Program-made: the position numbers and the translations under genes
DNA from: Escherichia coli
Lineage (GTDB): Bacteria; Pseudomonadota; Gammaproteobacteria; Enterobacterales; Enterobacteriaceae
Assembly (NCBI RefSeq): GCF_003334785.1
Contig: NZ_QOWV01000002.1
DNA: 64,000 nt
Direction: 5' to 3' (one strand)
In this document: piece after piece, positions 1-9,995 of the stretch
How the letters are laid out: each line of letters begins with the position of its first letter
How positions within the stretch are numbered: position 1 is the stretch's first letter
Notes under the pieces: model-generated
Database searches by the model: none
Told to the model about the DNA's origin: nothing
What the model saw: only the letters and a program-made list of their open reading frames with translations

Positions 1-461
1 CTGACGCAGGCGAGGTTCTCTGGCAAGGGCAGCCCTTGCATCAGGTACGCGACAGCTACCATCAAAACCTGTTATGGATAGGCCATCAGCCGGGGATCAA
101 AACCCGGCTGACGGCGTTAGAAAATCTGCACTTTTATCATCGCGATGGCGATACCGCACAATGTCTGGAAGCCCTGGCGCAGGCCGGGCTTGCCGGATTC
201 GAAGATATTCCTGTAAATCAGCTCTCGGCCGGGCAACAACGCCGCGTCGCTTTAGCGCGTCTGTGGCTGACCCGTGCCACGTTATGGATCCTCGACGAGC
301 CTTTTACCGCGATTGACGTTAACGGTGTCGATCGTCTGACCCAGCGTATGGCGCAGCATACGGAGCAGGGGGGGATTGTGATTCTGACTACCCACCAGCC
401 GCTCAACGTTGCTGAAAGTAAAATTCGCCGCATTTCACTGACGCAAACGAGGGCCGCATGA
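1..461 (+). CDS. ccmA: Heme exporter ABC ATPase CcmA, C-terminal part (5' end outside window)
   Basis: Frame is open to the window edge. ABC signature [14 protein letters not shown] and Walker B ILDEPF are present. Stop overlaps the ccmB start (ATGA). Translation matches my recollection of E. coli CcmA. Confidence 0.9.
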   Translation, partial: DAGEVLWQGQPLHQVRDSYHQNLLWIGHQPGIKTRLTALENLHFYHRDGDTAQCLEALAQAGLAGFEDIPVNQLSAGQQRRVALARLWLTRATLWILDEPFTAIDVNGVDRLTQRMAQHTEQGGIVILTTHQPLNVAESKIRRISLTQTRAA

Positions 462-1120
462 TGTTCTGGCGCATTTTCCGTCTTGAGCTGCGTGTAGCGT
501 TTCGCCATAGCGCCGAAATCGCCAACCCGCTGTGGTTCTTCCTGATTGTAATTACCCTTTTTCCGCTCAGTATCGGTCCGGAGCCGCAACTGCTGGCGCG
601 TATTGCACCGGGCATTATCTGGGTTGCTGCGCTGCTTTCATCCTTGCTGGCGCTGGAACGACTGTTCCGTGACGATTTGCAGGACGGCAGTCTTGAACAA
701 TTGATGTTGTTGCCGTTACCCTTGCCCGCCGTTGTGCTGGCGAAGGTGATGGCGCACTGGATGGTAACCGGTCTGCCGTTACTCATCCTTTCGCCACTGG
801 TAGCAATGCTACTGGGAATGGATGTTTATGGCTGGCAAGTGATGGCGCTGACGCTGCTGCTGGGAACGCCTACGCTTGGCTTTCTCGGTGCACCGGGCGT
901 GGCGCTGACAGTGGGACTTAAGCGCGGTGGTGTGCTGCTCAGCATACTGGTGTTACCGCTGACTATCCCATTACTCATCTTTGCCACCGCCGCGATGGAC
1001 GCGGCTTCTATGCATTTGCCCGTTGACGGGTATCTGGCAATTTTAGGCGCGTTGCTGGCAGGCACCGCGACATTAAGTCCTTTTGCGACGGCGGCAGCGT
1101 TACGAATCAGCATTCAATAA
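458..1120 (+). CDS. ccmB: Heme exporter permease CcmB
   Basis: 220-aa polytopic membrane ORF, coupled to ccmA by a 4-nt overlap. Recognised as E. coli CcmB. Confidence 0.95.
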
Positions 1121-1161
1121 CGCTGGATTACTGATTTTTGTTCGAGTCTGGTATCGAAACT

Positions 1162-1899
1162 ATGTGGAAAACACTGCATCAACTGGCGATCCCACCACGG
1201 CTGTATCAAATCTGTGGCTGGTTTATACCGTGGCTGGCAATTGCCAGTGTGGTCGTGCTTACCGTCGGCTGGATCTGGGGATTCGGCTTTGCTCCGGCTG
1301 ATTATCAGCAGGGAAATAGCTACCGCATTATCTACCTGCATGTGCCTGCGGCGATCTGGTCGATGGGCATTTATGCATCAATGGCAGTGGCAGCGTTTAT
1401 TGGCCTTGTCTGGCAGATGAAAATGGCCAACCTGGCGGTGGCGGCGATGGCCCCCATTGGTGCCGTGTTTACCTTTATTGCCCTGGTTACCGGCTCTGCA
1501 TGGGGAAAACCGATGTGGGGCACCTGGTGGGTATGGGATGCACGTCTGACTTCTGAACTGGTGCTGCTGTTTTTGTATGTGGGTGTGATTGCCCTGTGGC
1601 ACGCCTTCGACGACCGCCGTCTGGCGGGCCGTGCGGCAGGTATCCTGGTGCTGATTGGCGTGGTGAATCTGCCGATTATTCATTACTCCGTGGAGTGGTG
1701 GAACACCCTGCATCAGGGATCAACGCGGATGCAGCAAAGTATCGATCCGGCGATGCGTTCGCCGCTGCGCTGGTCGATTTTTGGCTTCCTGCTCCTGTCT
1801 GCCACGCTGACGCTGATGCGGATGCGTAATTTGATTTTGCTGATGGAAAAACGCCGTCCGTGGGTGAGTGAACTGATACTGAAAAGAGGCCGTAAATGA
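1162..1899 (+). CDS. ccmC: Heme exporter / heme lyase subunit CcmC
   Basis: The ORF-track start at 1138 is TTG; the ATG at 1162 gives the 245-aa MWKTLHQ... form. Trp-rich motif WGTWWVWDARL is present. Confidence 0.93.
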   Translation: MWKTLHQLAIPPRLYQICGWFIPWLAIASVVVLTVGWIWGFGFAPADYQQGNSYRIIYLHVPAAIWSMGIYASMAVAAFIGLVWQMKMANLAVAAMAPIGAVFTFIALVTGSAWGKPMWGTWWVWDARLTSELVLLFLYVGVIALWHAFDDRRLAGRAAGILVLIGVVNLPIIHYSVEWWNTLHQGSTRMQQSIDPAMRSPLRWSIFGFLLLSATLTLMRMRNLILLMEKRRPWVSELILKRGRK

Positions 1900-2105
1900 C
1901 CCCTGCATTTGCTTCCTGGAATGAATTTTTCGCAATGGGCGGTTACGCCTTTTTTGTCTGGCTGGCGGTGGTGATGACCGTTATTCCGCTGGTGGTTTTG
2001 GTCGTGCACTCGGTGATGCAACATCGCGCAATTCTGCGTGGCGTGGCGCAACAGCGGGCGCGTGAGGCGCGTTTACGTGCTGCGCAACAGCAGGAGGCTG
2101 CATGA
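1896..2105 (+). CDS. ccmD: Heme exporter small membrane protein CcmD
   Basis: 69-aa single-TM ORF with ATGA overlaps on both sides, in the expected ccm operon position. Confidence 0.9.
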
Positions 2106-2581
2106 ATATTCGCCGTAAAAACCGCTTGTGGATTGCCTGTGCCGTGTTGGCAGGGCTGGCGCTGACTATCGGTCTGGTGCTATATGCGCTGCGCTCGAAT
2201 ATCGATCTCTTTTATACGCCGGGGGAAATTCTCTACGGCAAGCGTGAAACTCAGCAAATGCCGGAAGTCGGTCAGCGTCTGCGCGTTGGCGGGATGGTGA
2301 TGCCGGGTAGTGTGCAGCGCGATCCCAATTCGCTGAAAGTGACCTTCACCATTTACGATGCTGAAGGCTCAGTGGATGTCTCTTACGAAGGCATTTTGCC
2401 GGATCTGTTCCGTGAAGGGCAGGGCGTTGTGGTGCAGGGCGAACTGGAAAAAGGCAATCATATCCTCGCGAAAGAAGTGCTGGCGAAACACGATGAAAAC
2501 TATACGCCGCCAGAAGTTGAGAAAGCGATGGAAGCTAACCACCGTCGCCCGGCGAGTGTTTATAAGGACCCAGCATCATGA
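2102..2581 (+). CDS. ccmE: Periplasmic heme chaperone CcmE
   Basis: 159 aa with an N-terminal anchor. The heme-binding His context [13 protein letters not shown] is recognised. Confidence 0.95.
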
Positions 2582-4521
2582 TGCCAGAAATTGGTAACGG
2601 ACTGCTGTGCCTGGCGCTGGGAATTGCGCTGCTGCTGTCCGTGTATCCGCTATGGGGCGTGGCGCGCGGAGATGCGCGCATGATGGCGTCTTCCCGCTTG
2701 TTTGCCTGGCTGCTGTTTATGTCTGTGGCTGGCGCATTTCTGGTGCTGGTCAATGCTTTCGTGGTCAACGACTTCACCGTCACCTATGTTGCCAGCAACT
2801 CCAATACCCAGCTTCCGGTGTGGTATCGCGTGGCGGCTACCTGGGGCGCGCATGAAGGCTCGCTACTGCTGTGGGTGCTGCTGATGAGCGGCTGGACCTT
2901 TGCGGTGGCGATTTTTAGTCAGCGTATTCCGCTGGATATTGTGGCCCGTGTACTGGCGATAATGGGGATGGTCAGTGTCGGCTTTTTGCTGTTCATTCTC
3001 TTTACCTCTAACCCGTTCTCTCGCACGTTGCCGAACTTCCCGATTGAAGGTCGCGATCTTAACCCGCTATTGCAGGATCCGGGGCTGATCTTCCATCCGC
3101 CTCTGCTTTATATGGGGTACGTGGGTTTCTCGGTGGCGTTTGCTTTTGCCATTGCTTCTTTGCTGAGCGGGCGTCTGGACAGCACTTATGCGCGTTTTAC
3201 TCGTCCGTGGACGCTGGCAGCGTGGATCTTCCTGACGCTCGGCATCGTGCTCGGTTCCGCATGGGCCTATTACGAACTCGGCTGGGGTGGCTGGTGGTTC
3301 TGGGATCCGGTAGAAAACGCCTCGTTTATGCCGTGGCTGGTGGGGACTGCGCTGATGCACTCACTGGCGGTCACTGAACAACGCGCCAGCTTCAAAGCGT
3401 GGACATTACTGCTGGCAATCAGTGCCTTCTCGTTGTGTCTGTTGGGGACTTTCCTCGTGCGTTCCGGCGTGCTGGTATCGGTACACGCGTTTGCGTCTGA
3501 TCCGGCGCGCGGTATGTTTATCCTCGCCTTTATGGTGCTGGTGATTGGCGGTTCGCTGCTGCTGTTTGCCGCGCGTGGACACAAAGTTCGCTCACGCGTA
3601 AACAATGCGCTGTGGTCGCGGGAATCTTTGCTGTTAGCGAACAATGTTTTGCTGGTCGCTGCGATGCTGGTGGTGTTGCTGGGGACGCTGCTGCCGTTGG
3701 TGCATAAGCAACTGGGACTGGGCAGTATTTCGATTGGCGAACCGTTCTTCAACACCATGTTTACCTGGCTGATGGTGCCGTTTGCGCTACTGCTTGGTGT
3801 CGGTCCTCTGGTGCGCTGGGGGCGGGATCGCCCGCGTAAGATCCGCAATTTATTGATTATCGCCTTCATCTCTACGCTGGTGCTGTCGCTGCTGTTGCCG
3901 TGGCTGTTCGAAAGCAAAGTTGTGGCGATGACGGTGCTCGGCCTGGCAATGGCCTGCTGGATTGCGGTGCTGGCAATTGCGGAAGCTGCGCTACGTATTT
4001 CACGCGGCACGAAAACCACCTTCAGTTATTGGGGGATGGTGGCGGCTCACCTTGGGCTGGCAGTGACAATTGTTGGCATTGCCTTTAGCCAGAACTATAG
4101 CGTTGAGCGTGATGTGCGCATGAAGTCCGGCGATAGCGTCGATATTCATGAATATCGCTTCACCTTCCGTGATGTCAAAGAGGTGACTGGCCCGAACTGG
4201 CGTGGCGGTGTGGCGACTATCGGCGTAACGCGCGATGGCAAGCCGGAAACGGTGCTGTATGCGGAAAAACGTTATTACAACACTGCCGGGTCGATGATGA
4301 CCGAAGCGGCAATTGACGGCGGCATCACGCGTGACCTGTACGCGGCCCTCGGTGAAGAGCTGGAAAACGGCGCGTGGGCCGTGCGTCTTTACTACAAACC
4401 ATTTGTTCGCTGGATTTGGGCGGGCGGGCTGATGATGGCGTTGGGCGGACTGCTGTGTCTGTTTGATCCTCGCTATCGTAAGCGCGTGAGTCCGCAAAAA
4501 ACTGCGCCGGAGGCCGTATGA
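2578..4521 (+). CDS. ccmF: Cytochrome c heme lyase subunit CcmF
   Basis: 647-aa polytopic ORF with the Trp-rich motif [12 protein letters not shown]. Recognised as CcmF. Confidence 0.95.
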
Positions 4522-5075
4522 AGCGCAAAGTATTGTTAATTCCGTTGATTATCTTCCTGGCGATTGCCGCGGCGCTGCTGTGGCAGCTGGCGCGTAATGC
4601 CGAAGGGGATGATCCGACCAATCTGGAATCGGCGCTCATTGGCAAGCCTGTGCCGAAGTTTCGTCTCGAATCACTGGACAATCCGGGGCAGTTTTATCAG
4701 GCGGATGTGCTGACTCAGGGCAAACCAGTACTGCTTAACGTCTGGGCGACCTGGTGTCCGACCTGCCGTGCGGAACATCAATATCTGAATCAGCTTTCTG
4801 CGCAGGGCATCCGCGTGGTCGGCATGAACTATAAAGACGATCGCCAGAAGGCAATCAGCTGGCTGAAAGAGCTGGGCAATCCTTACGCGCTAAGCCTGTT
4901 TGATGGCGATGGCATGTTAGGGCTGGATCTCGGTGTCTATGGCGCGCCAGAAACGTTTCTTATTGACGGCAACGGCATCATTCGCTATCGCCATGCGGGC
5001 GATCTGAATCCTCGCGTCTGGGAAGAAGAGATCAAGCCGCTGTGGGAGAAATACAGTAAGGAGGCCGCACAATGA
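4518..5075 (+). CDS. ccmG: Thiol:disulfide interchange protein CcmG (DsbE)
   Basis: 185 aa with an N-terminal anchor and the thioredoxin motif WCPTC. Confidence 0.95.
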   Translation: MKRKVLLIPLIIFLAIAAALLWQLARNAEGDDPTNLESALIGKPVPKFRLESLDNPGQFYQADVLTQGKPVLLNVWATWCPTCRAEHQYLNQLSAQGIRVVGMNYKDDRQKAISWLKELGNPYALSLFDGDGMLGLDLGVYGAPETFLIDGNGIIRYRHAGDLNPRVWEEEIKPLWEKYSKEAAQ

Positions 5076-6124
5076 GGTTTTTATTGGGCGTGCTGATGCT
5101 GATGATCTCCGGCTCAGCGCTGGCGACCATCGATGTGTTGCAGTTTAAAGATGAAGCACAGGAACAACAGTTCCGTCAGCTCACTGAAGAACTGCGCTGC
5201 CCGAAATGCCAGAACAACAGCATTGCCGATTCCAACTCGATGATTGCCACCGACCTGCGTCAGAAAGTGTATGAACTGATGCAGGAAGGTAAAAGTAAAA
5301 AAGAGATTGTCGATTATATGGTGGCGCGTTACGGCAACTTCGTCACTTACGATCCGCCGTTAACGCCGCTGACCGTGCTGCTGTGGGTGCTGCCAGTAGT
5401 GGCTATTGGCATTGGCGGTTGGGTCATATACGCCCGCTCGCGGCGTCGGGTACGCGTGGTGCCGGAAGCGTTTCCTGAACAAAGCGTGCCGGAAGGTAAG
5501 CGTGCCGGATATGTTGTTTATCTGCCGGGTATTGTGGTGGCGTTAATTGTGGCTGGCGTCAGCTACTACCAGACTGGCAATTATCAGCAGGTGAAAATCT
5601 GGCAGCAGGCCACGGCACAGGCTCCGGCGTTGCTGGACAGGGCGCTGGATCCGAAAGCCGATCCGCTCAACGAAGAAGAGATGTCGCGTCTTGCGCTGGG
5701 GATGCGTACTCAACTGCAAAAAAATCCGGGAGATATAGAAGGCTGGATTATGTTGGGCCGCGTTGGCATGGCGCTGGGTAACGCCAGTATCGCCACCGAT
5801 GCATACGCCACTGCGTATCGCCTCGATCCGAAAAACAGTGATGCTGCACTGGGATACGCTGAAGCGTTGACTCGTTCATCTGATCCCAACGACAACCGCC
5901 TCGGCGGTGAACTGCTACGTCAGCTGGTGAGAACGGACCATAGCAATATCCGTGTGCTAAGCATGTATGCGTTTAATGCCTTTGAGCAGCAGCGATTTGG
6001 CGAAGCCGTTGCCGCGTGGGAGATGATGTTGAAACTCTTACCTGCCAACGATACTCGCCGTGCGGTGATTGAACGTAGTATCGCGCAGGCGATGCAACAT
6101 TTGTCGCCGCAGGAGAGTAAATAA
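5072..6124 (+). CDS. ccmH: Cytochrome c maturation protein CcmH (CcmH-CcmI fusion type)
   Basis: 350 aa with a signal peptide, the LRCPKC motif, a TM segment and a TPR-like C-terminal half. Confidence 0.95.
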   Translation: MRFLLGVLMLMISGSALATIDVLQFKDEAQEQQFRQLTEELRCPKCQNNSIADSNSMIATDLRQKVYELMQEGKSKKEIVDYMVARYGNFVTYDPPLTPLTVLLWVLPVVAIGIGGWVIYARSRRRVRVVPEAFPEQSVPEGKRAGYVVYLPGIVVALIVAGVSYYQTGNYQQVKIWQQATAQAPALLDRALDPKADPLNEEEMSRLALGMRTQLQKNPGDIEGWIMLGRVGMALGNASIATDAYATAYRLDPKNSDAALGYAEALTRSSDPNDNRLGGELLRQLVRTDHSNIRVLSMYAFNAFEQQRFGEAVAAWEMMLKLLPANDTRRAVIERSIAQAMQHLSPQESK

Positions 6125-6130
6125 AAAGAG

Positions 6131-6153
6131 GCCCGATGGTGATGCCATCGGGC
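6131..6153 (-). terminator. Hairpin after ccmH; it carries a U-run only when read on the minus strand
   Basis: GCCCGATGG-tgatg-CCATCGGGC is a 9-bp perfect stem. The minus-strand reading is followed by CUCUUUUUAU. Confidence 0.6.
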
Positions 6154-6181
6154 TAGACTGTTGACAAAGTGCGCTTAGTTT

Positions 6182-6283
6182 ATGCCGGATGCGGCGTGAA
6201 CGCCTTATCCGGCCTACAAAATTGTGTAAATTCAATAAATTGATCGATCCACGTAGGCCTGATAAGCGTAGCGCATCAGGCAG
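6182..6283. repeat. BIME: two inverted REP units
   Basis: ATGCCGGATGCGGCGTGAACGCCTTATCCGGCCTACA (6182-6218) and CGTAGGCCTGATAAGCGTAGCGCATCAGGCAG (6252-6283). Confidence 0.9.
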
Positions 6284-6305
6284 TTTTGCGTTTGTCATAA
6301 ATCTC

Positions 6306-6336
6306 AGCCCGATGATAAATCCATCGGGCTATTTTT
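6306..6336 (+). terminator. Plus-strand intrinsic terminator abutting the narP stop codon
   Basis: AGCCCGATG-ataaatc-CATCGGGCT followed by ATTTTTATT. Confidence 0.7.
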
Positions 6337-6982
6337 ATTGTGCCCCGCGTTGTTGCAGGAACAGAATGGTGGCCGCCACGCGTGAGCGGACATTGAGTTT
6401 ACGCAGCAGATTGCGAATATGTACTTTTACTGTCTGCTCGGAAATATTCAACACCGAGGCAATCTGTTTATTTGACAGCCCCTGTGCCAGCTCGTGCAGA
6501 ACATCCAGCTCGCGCTCCGTCAGCACGCTGAAGGGATCTTCTTCCGCGCCAAACATTTCACGTTCACGTAAGTACTGATTGACGCGTTCGCTAAAGACTT
6601 TGCTGCCTTTCGCTCCGGCACGAATCGCTTCCAGCAATACTTCCGGGTCGCTGTCTTTCAACAGATAACCGTCTGCGCCTGCGTCTATCAGCGCAAAGAC
6701 ATCGCTGGAGGCATCGGATACGGTCAGGATAATAATTTGCGCGGTAACGCCATCCCTGCGCAAGGCATTGAGAGTATCCAGGCCACTCATACCTTTCATA
6801 TTGAGATCCAGCAAGATCACGTCGATATCCAGTCTATTCGCCAGATCGATAGCGCTCGCGCCGTCGCCCGCTTCGGCGACCACTTCAAAGCCAGGATCAA
6901 GCTCCAGTAACTGACGAACACCGCGTCGCATAAGTGGATGATCATCCACAATCATCACCTGAAAAGGCGTTGCTTCAGGCAT
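6335..6982 (-). CDS. narP: Nitrate/nitrite response regulator NarP (NarL/FixJ family)
   Basis: The ATG at 6982 gives the 215-aa MPEATPFQVMIVDDHPL... form, preceded by AGGAGA. The ORF-track start 7012 adds 10 aa without an RBS. Receiver domain plus LuxR-type HTH. Confidence 0.95.
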   Translation of the reverse strand: MPEATPFQVMIVDDHPLMRRGVRQLLELDPGFEVVAEAGDGASAIDLANRLDIDVILLDLNMKGMSGLDTLNALRRDGVTAQIIILTVSDASSDVFALIDAGADGYLLKDSDPEVLLEAIRAGAKGSKVFSERVNQYLREREMFGAEEDPFSVLTERELDVLHELAQGLSNKQIASVLNISEQTVKVHIRNLLRKLNVRSRVAATILFLQQRGAQ

Positions 6983-7301
6983 AGTAGTCTCCTGAGGTTT
7001 TATTAGAATCATTATGTTTGAGCGTAGCGTTGGTAACGCTACCAGGCGCGTGAATGTTACCCCATTTTATGTATGGACATGTAGTGAAAACTACAACCTT
7101 GTCGTTCGCTTTGGCATCATTTTCATTATAAAGACGGAATTTTGCATCAGCTTCTCATCAAGAAAAACAACTAAAAAATCAATCACAATACTTGTGCATT
7201 TCTTTAAACAGTTTTTAAAAACTGACTCCGGGTATGGAGCTATGGGTATTTTCTGTACCCAATGCTTTTAACAGCAATTAATTTCATAGGATGAAAGCTC
7301 A

Positions 7302-9893
7302 ATGCATCAATCTGGTTCTGTTTCTCTTTGTCGTTCCGCAATATCTGTTCTGGTGGCTACAGCGTTATATTCACCCATAGCATTGGCATCAACTGTTGAG
7401 TATGGTGAGACAGTTGATGGTGTTGTCCTGGAAAAAGATATCCAGCTGGTTTATGGGACCGCCAATAATACGAAAATCAATCCTGGCGGAGAACAGCATA
7501 TAAAAGAATTTGGTGTAAGTAATAATACTGAAATTAACGGAGGGTATCAGTACATTGAAATGAATGGCGCCGCAGAATACTCAGTATTAAATGACGGTTA
7601 TCAAATTGTTCAAATGGGTGGCGCGGCAAACCAGACTACGCTCAATAATGGTGTGCTACAGGTTTATGGCGCAGCGAATGATACCACGATTAAAGGCGGG
7701 CGCTTAATCGTTGAAAAAGATGGGGGGGCCGTCTTTGTCGCTATCGAAAAGGGAGGACTACTGGAGGTTAAAGAGGGGGGATTTGCATTTGCGGTAGATC
7801 AGAAAGCAGGCGGTGCTATTAAAACAACCACGCGGGCCATGGAGGTATTCGGAACAAACCGTCTCGGTCAGTTCGATATCAAGAATGGTATTGCTAATAA
7901 TATGTTGTTGGAAAACGGCGGAAGTTTGCGAGTTGAAGAAAATGACTTCGCTTATAATACCACTGTAGATAGTGGCGGCTTACTGGAGGTTATGGATGGC
8001 GGGACTGTAACTGGCGTTGATAAAAAAGCAGGCGGAAAATTAATTGTCTCAACGAATGCGCTGGAAGTGAGTGGTCCAAACAGTAAAGGCCAATTTAGTA
8101 TAAAAGATGGTGTGTCAAAAAATTATGAACTGGATGATGGTTCCGGGCTCATTGTTATGGAGGACACGCAGGCCATTGATACTATCCTTGATAAGCATGC
8201 CACTATGCAATCGCTGGGAAAGGATACTGGTACGAAAGTGCAGGCAAATGCGGTATATGATCTCGGTCGATCATATCAGAATGGAAGTATCACGTATTCC
8301 TCAAAAGCCATCTCTGAAAATATGGTTATCAACAATGGCCGCGCTAACGTCTGGGCTGGCACAATGGTTAACGTTTCAGTCAGAGGGAATGATGGCATTC
8401 TTGAGGTCATGAAGCCGCAAATAAATTATGCACCCGCAATGTTGGTGGGTAAGGTAGTGGTTTCTGAGGGCGCTTCTTTTAGAACGCATGGTGCCGTGGA
8501 TACCAGCAAAGCGGACGTTTCGCTCGAAAATAGCGTATGGACCATCATTGCCGATATCACTACGACGAACCAAAACACCCTCCTCAACTTAGCCAACCTT
8601 GCGATGTCTGACGCAAATGTGATTATGATGGATGAGCCAGTGACTCGTTCATCAGTGACGGCAAGTGCGGAAAATTTCATTACGTTGACCACCAATACCC
8701 TGTCGGGAAACGGCAATTTTTATATGCGTACCGATATGGCTAATCATCAGAGCGATCAGCTCAACGTCACCGGTCAGGCAACAGGTGATTTCAAAATATT
8801 CGTGACGGACACCGGTGCCAGCCCGGCAGCAGGAGATAGCCTTACACTGGTAACAACGGGCGGCGGTGATGCTGCATTTACGTTGGGCAATGCCGGAGGC
8901 GTTGTTGATATCGGTACGTATGAATATACCTTGCTGGATAATGGCAACCATAGCTGGAGTCTGGCAGAGAATCGCGCGCAAATTACCCCTTCAACCACTG
9001 ATGTGCTGAATATGGCGGCCGCACAACCGCTGGTATTTGATGCAGAACTGGACACCGTGCGTGAGCGTCTTGGTAGCGTAAAAGGCGTTAGTTACGATAC
9101 GGCGATGTGGAGTTCGGCAATTAACACCCGCAACAACGTGACCACTGATGCGGGAGCTGGTTTTGAGCAAACATTGACGGGCCTGACGCTCGGTATCGAT
9201 AGCCGTTTCTCCCGTGAAGAAAGCAGTACAATTCGCGGCTTGATCTTTGGTTACTCTCATTCTGATATTGGTTTTGATCGCGGCGGCAAAGGTAATATCG
9301 ATAGCTATACCCTGGGGGCTTATGCCGGTTGGGAGCATCAGAACGGTGCCTATGTTGATGGGGTGGTGAAAGTTGACCGTTTTGCCAACACCATCCATGG
9401 CAAGATGAGTAATGGGGCAACAGCGTTTGGCGATTACAATAGTAACGGCGCGGGTGCTCATGTTGAGAGCGGGTTCCGTTGGGTTGACGGATTGTGGAGT
9501 GTTAGACCCTATCTGGCCTTTACCGGCTTTACCACAGATGGTCAGGACTACACGTTATCAAACGGCATGCGCGCGGATGTGGGAAATACCCGGATATTAC
9601 GCGCTGAAGCGGGAACGGCGGTAAGCTATCACATGGACCTGCAAAACGGTACGACGCTGGAACCCTGGCTGAAAGCGGCCGTGCGTCAGGAATACGCCGA
9701 TTCTAACCAGGTGAAAGTTAATGACGATGGCAAATTTAATAATGATGTGGCTGGAACCAGTGGCGTTTATCAGGCTGGTATAAGGTCATCGTTTACCCCG
9801 ACGTTAAGCGGTCATTTGTCAGTCAGCTATGGCAATAGCGCAGGGGTAGAATCGCCGTGGAATACTCAGGCGGGTGTGGTCTGGACGTTCTGA
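7302..9893 (+). CDS. yejO: AIDA-like autotransporter adhesin YejO, intact 863-aa reading frame
   Basis: Signal peptide ending IALAS, a Gly/Asn-rich beta-helix passenger with repeated GG..N.T.IN motifs, and a C-terminal beta-barrel ending ...GVVWTF (terminal Phe). The sequence is AT-rich. Confidence 0.88.
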   Translation: MHQSGSVSLCRSAISVLVATALYSPIALASTVEYGETVDGVVLEKDIQLVYGTANNTKINPGGEQHIKEFGVSNNTEINGGYQYIEMNGAAEYSVLNDGYQIVQMGGAANQTTLNNGVLQVYGAANDTTIKGGRLIVEKDGGAVFVAIEKGGLLEVKEGGFAFAVDQKAGGAIKTTTRAMEVFGTNRLGQFDIKNGIANNMLLENGGSLRVEENDFAYNTTVDSGGLLEVMDGGTVTGVDKKAGGKLIVSTNALEVSGPNSKGQFSIKDGVSKNYELDDGSGLIVMEDTQAIDTILDKHATMQSLGKDTGTKVQANAVYDLGRSYQNGSITYSSKAISENMVINNGRANVWAGTMVNVSVRGNDGILEVMKPQINYAPAMLVGKVVVSEGASFRTHGAVDTSKADVSLENSVWTIIADITTTNQNTLLNLANLAMSDANVIMMDEPVTRSSVTASAENFITLTTNTLSGNGNFYMRTDMANHQSDQLNVTGQATGDFKIFVTDTGASPAAGDSLTLVTTGGGDAAFTLGNAGGVVDIGTYEYTLLDNGNHSWSLAENRAQITPSTTDVLNMAAAQPLVFDAELDTVRERLGSVKGVSYDTAMWSSAINTRNNVTTDAGAGFEQTLTGLTLGIDSRFSREESSTIRGLIFGYSHSDIGFDRGGKGNIDSYTLGAYAGWEHQNGAYVDGVVKVDRFANTIHGKMSNGATAFGDYNSNGAGAHVESGFRWVDGLWSVRPYLAFTGFTTDGQDYTLSNGMRADVGNTRILRAEAGTAVSYHMDLQNGTTLEPWLKAAVRQEYADSNQVKVNDDGKFNNDVAGTSGVYQAGIRSSFTPTLSGHLSVSYGNSAGVESPWNTQAGVVWTF

Positions 9894-9954
9894 TAACAGA
9901 AAATAAACAGGCTGTGATGTGTCACGGTCTGTTTATCGAATTAATTGCAGATAT

Positions 9955-9985
9955 AAAAAAACCAACCGTAAGGGTTGGTTTTTTC
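9955..9985. terminator. Bidirectional terminator shared by yejO (+) and proL (-)
   Basis: AAAAAA-ACCAACC-gtaag-GGTTGGT-TTTTTT. Confidence 0.85.
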
Positions 9986-9995
9986 TTGGGATTTT

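Noticed and set aside
3270-4019. 249-aa minus-strand ORF
   Set aside because: It is entirely antisense to ccmF, has a low-complexity Ser/Ala/Thr-rich translation and no RBS. This is a typical shadow ORF of a GC-rich membrane gene.
6189-6578. 129-aa plus-strand ORF
   Set aside because: It starts inside a REP element and continues antisense into narP. ORFs through REP units are a common artefact.
7050-7062. NarL/NarP heptamer (TACYYMT) near TACCCCAT in the narP upstream region
   Set aside because: It is a single imperfect heptamer (the last position mismatches) with no 7-2-7 partner, which is too weak to call.
7014-7271. 85-aa ORF in the narP-yejO spacer
   Set aside because: It is an AT-rich intergenic sequence with Phe/Ile/Lys-rich low-complexity translation and no Shine-Dalgarno. 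It most likely reflects a chance open frame in promoter DNA.
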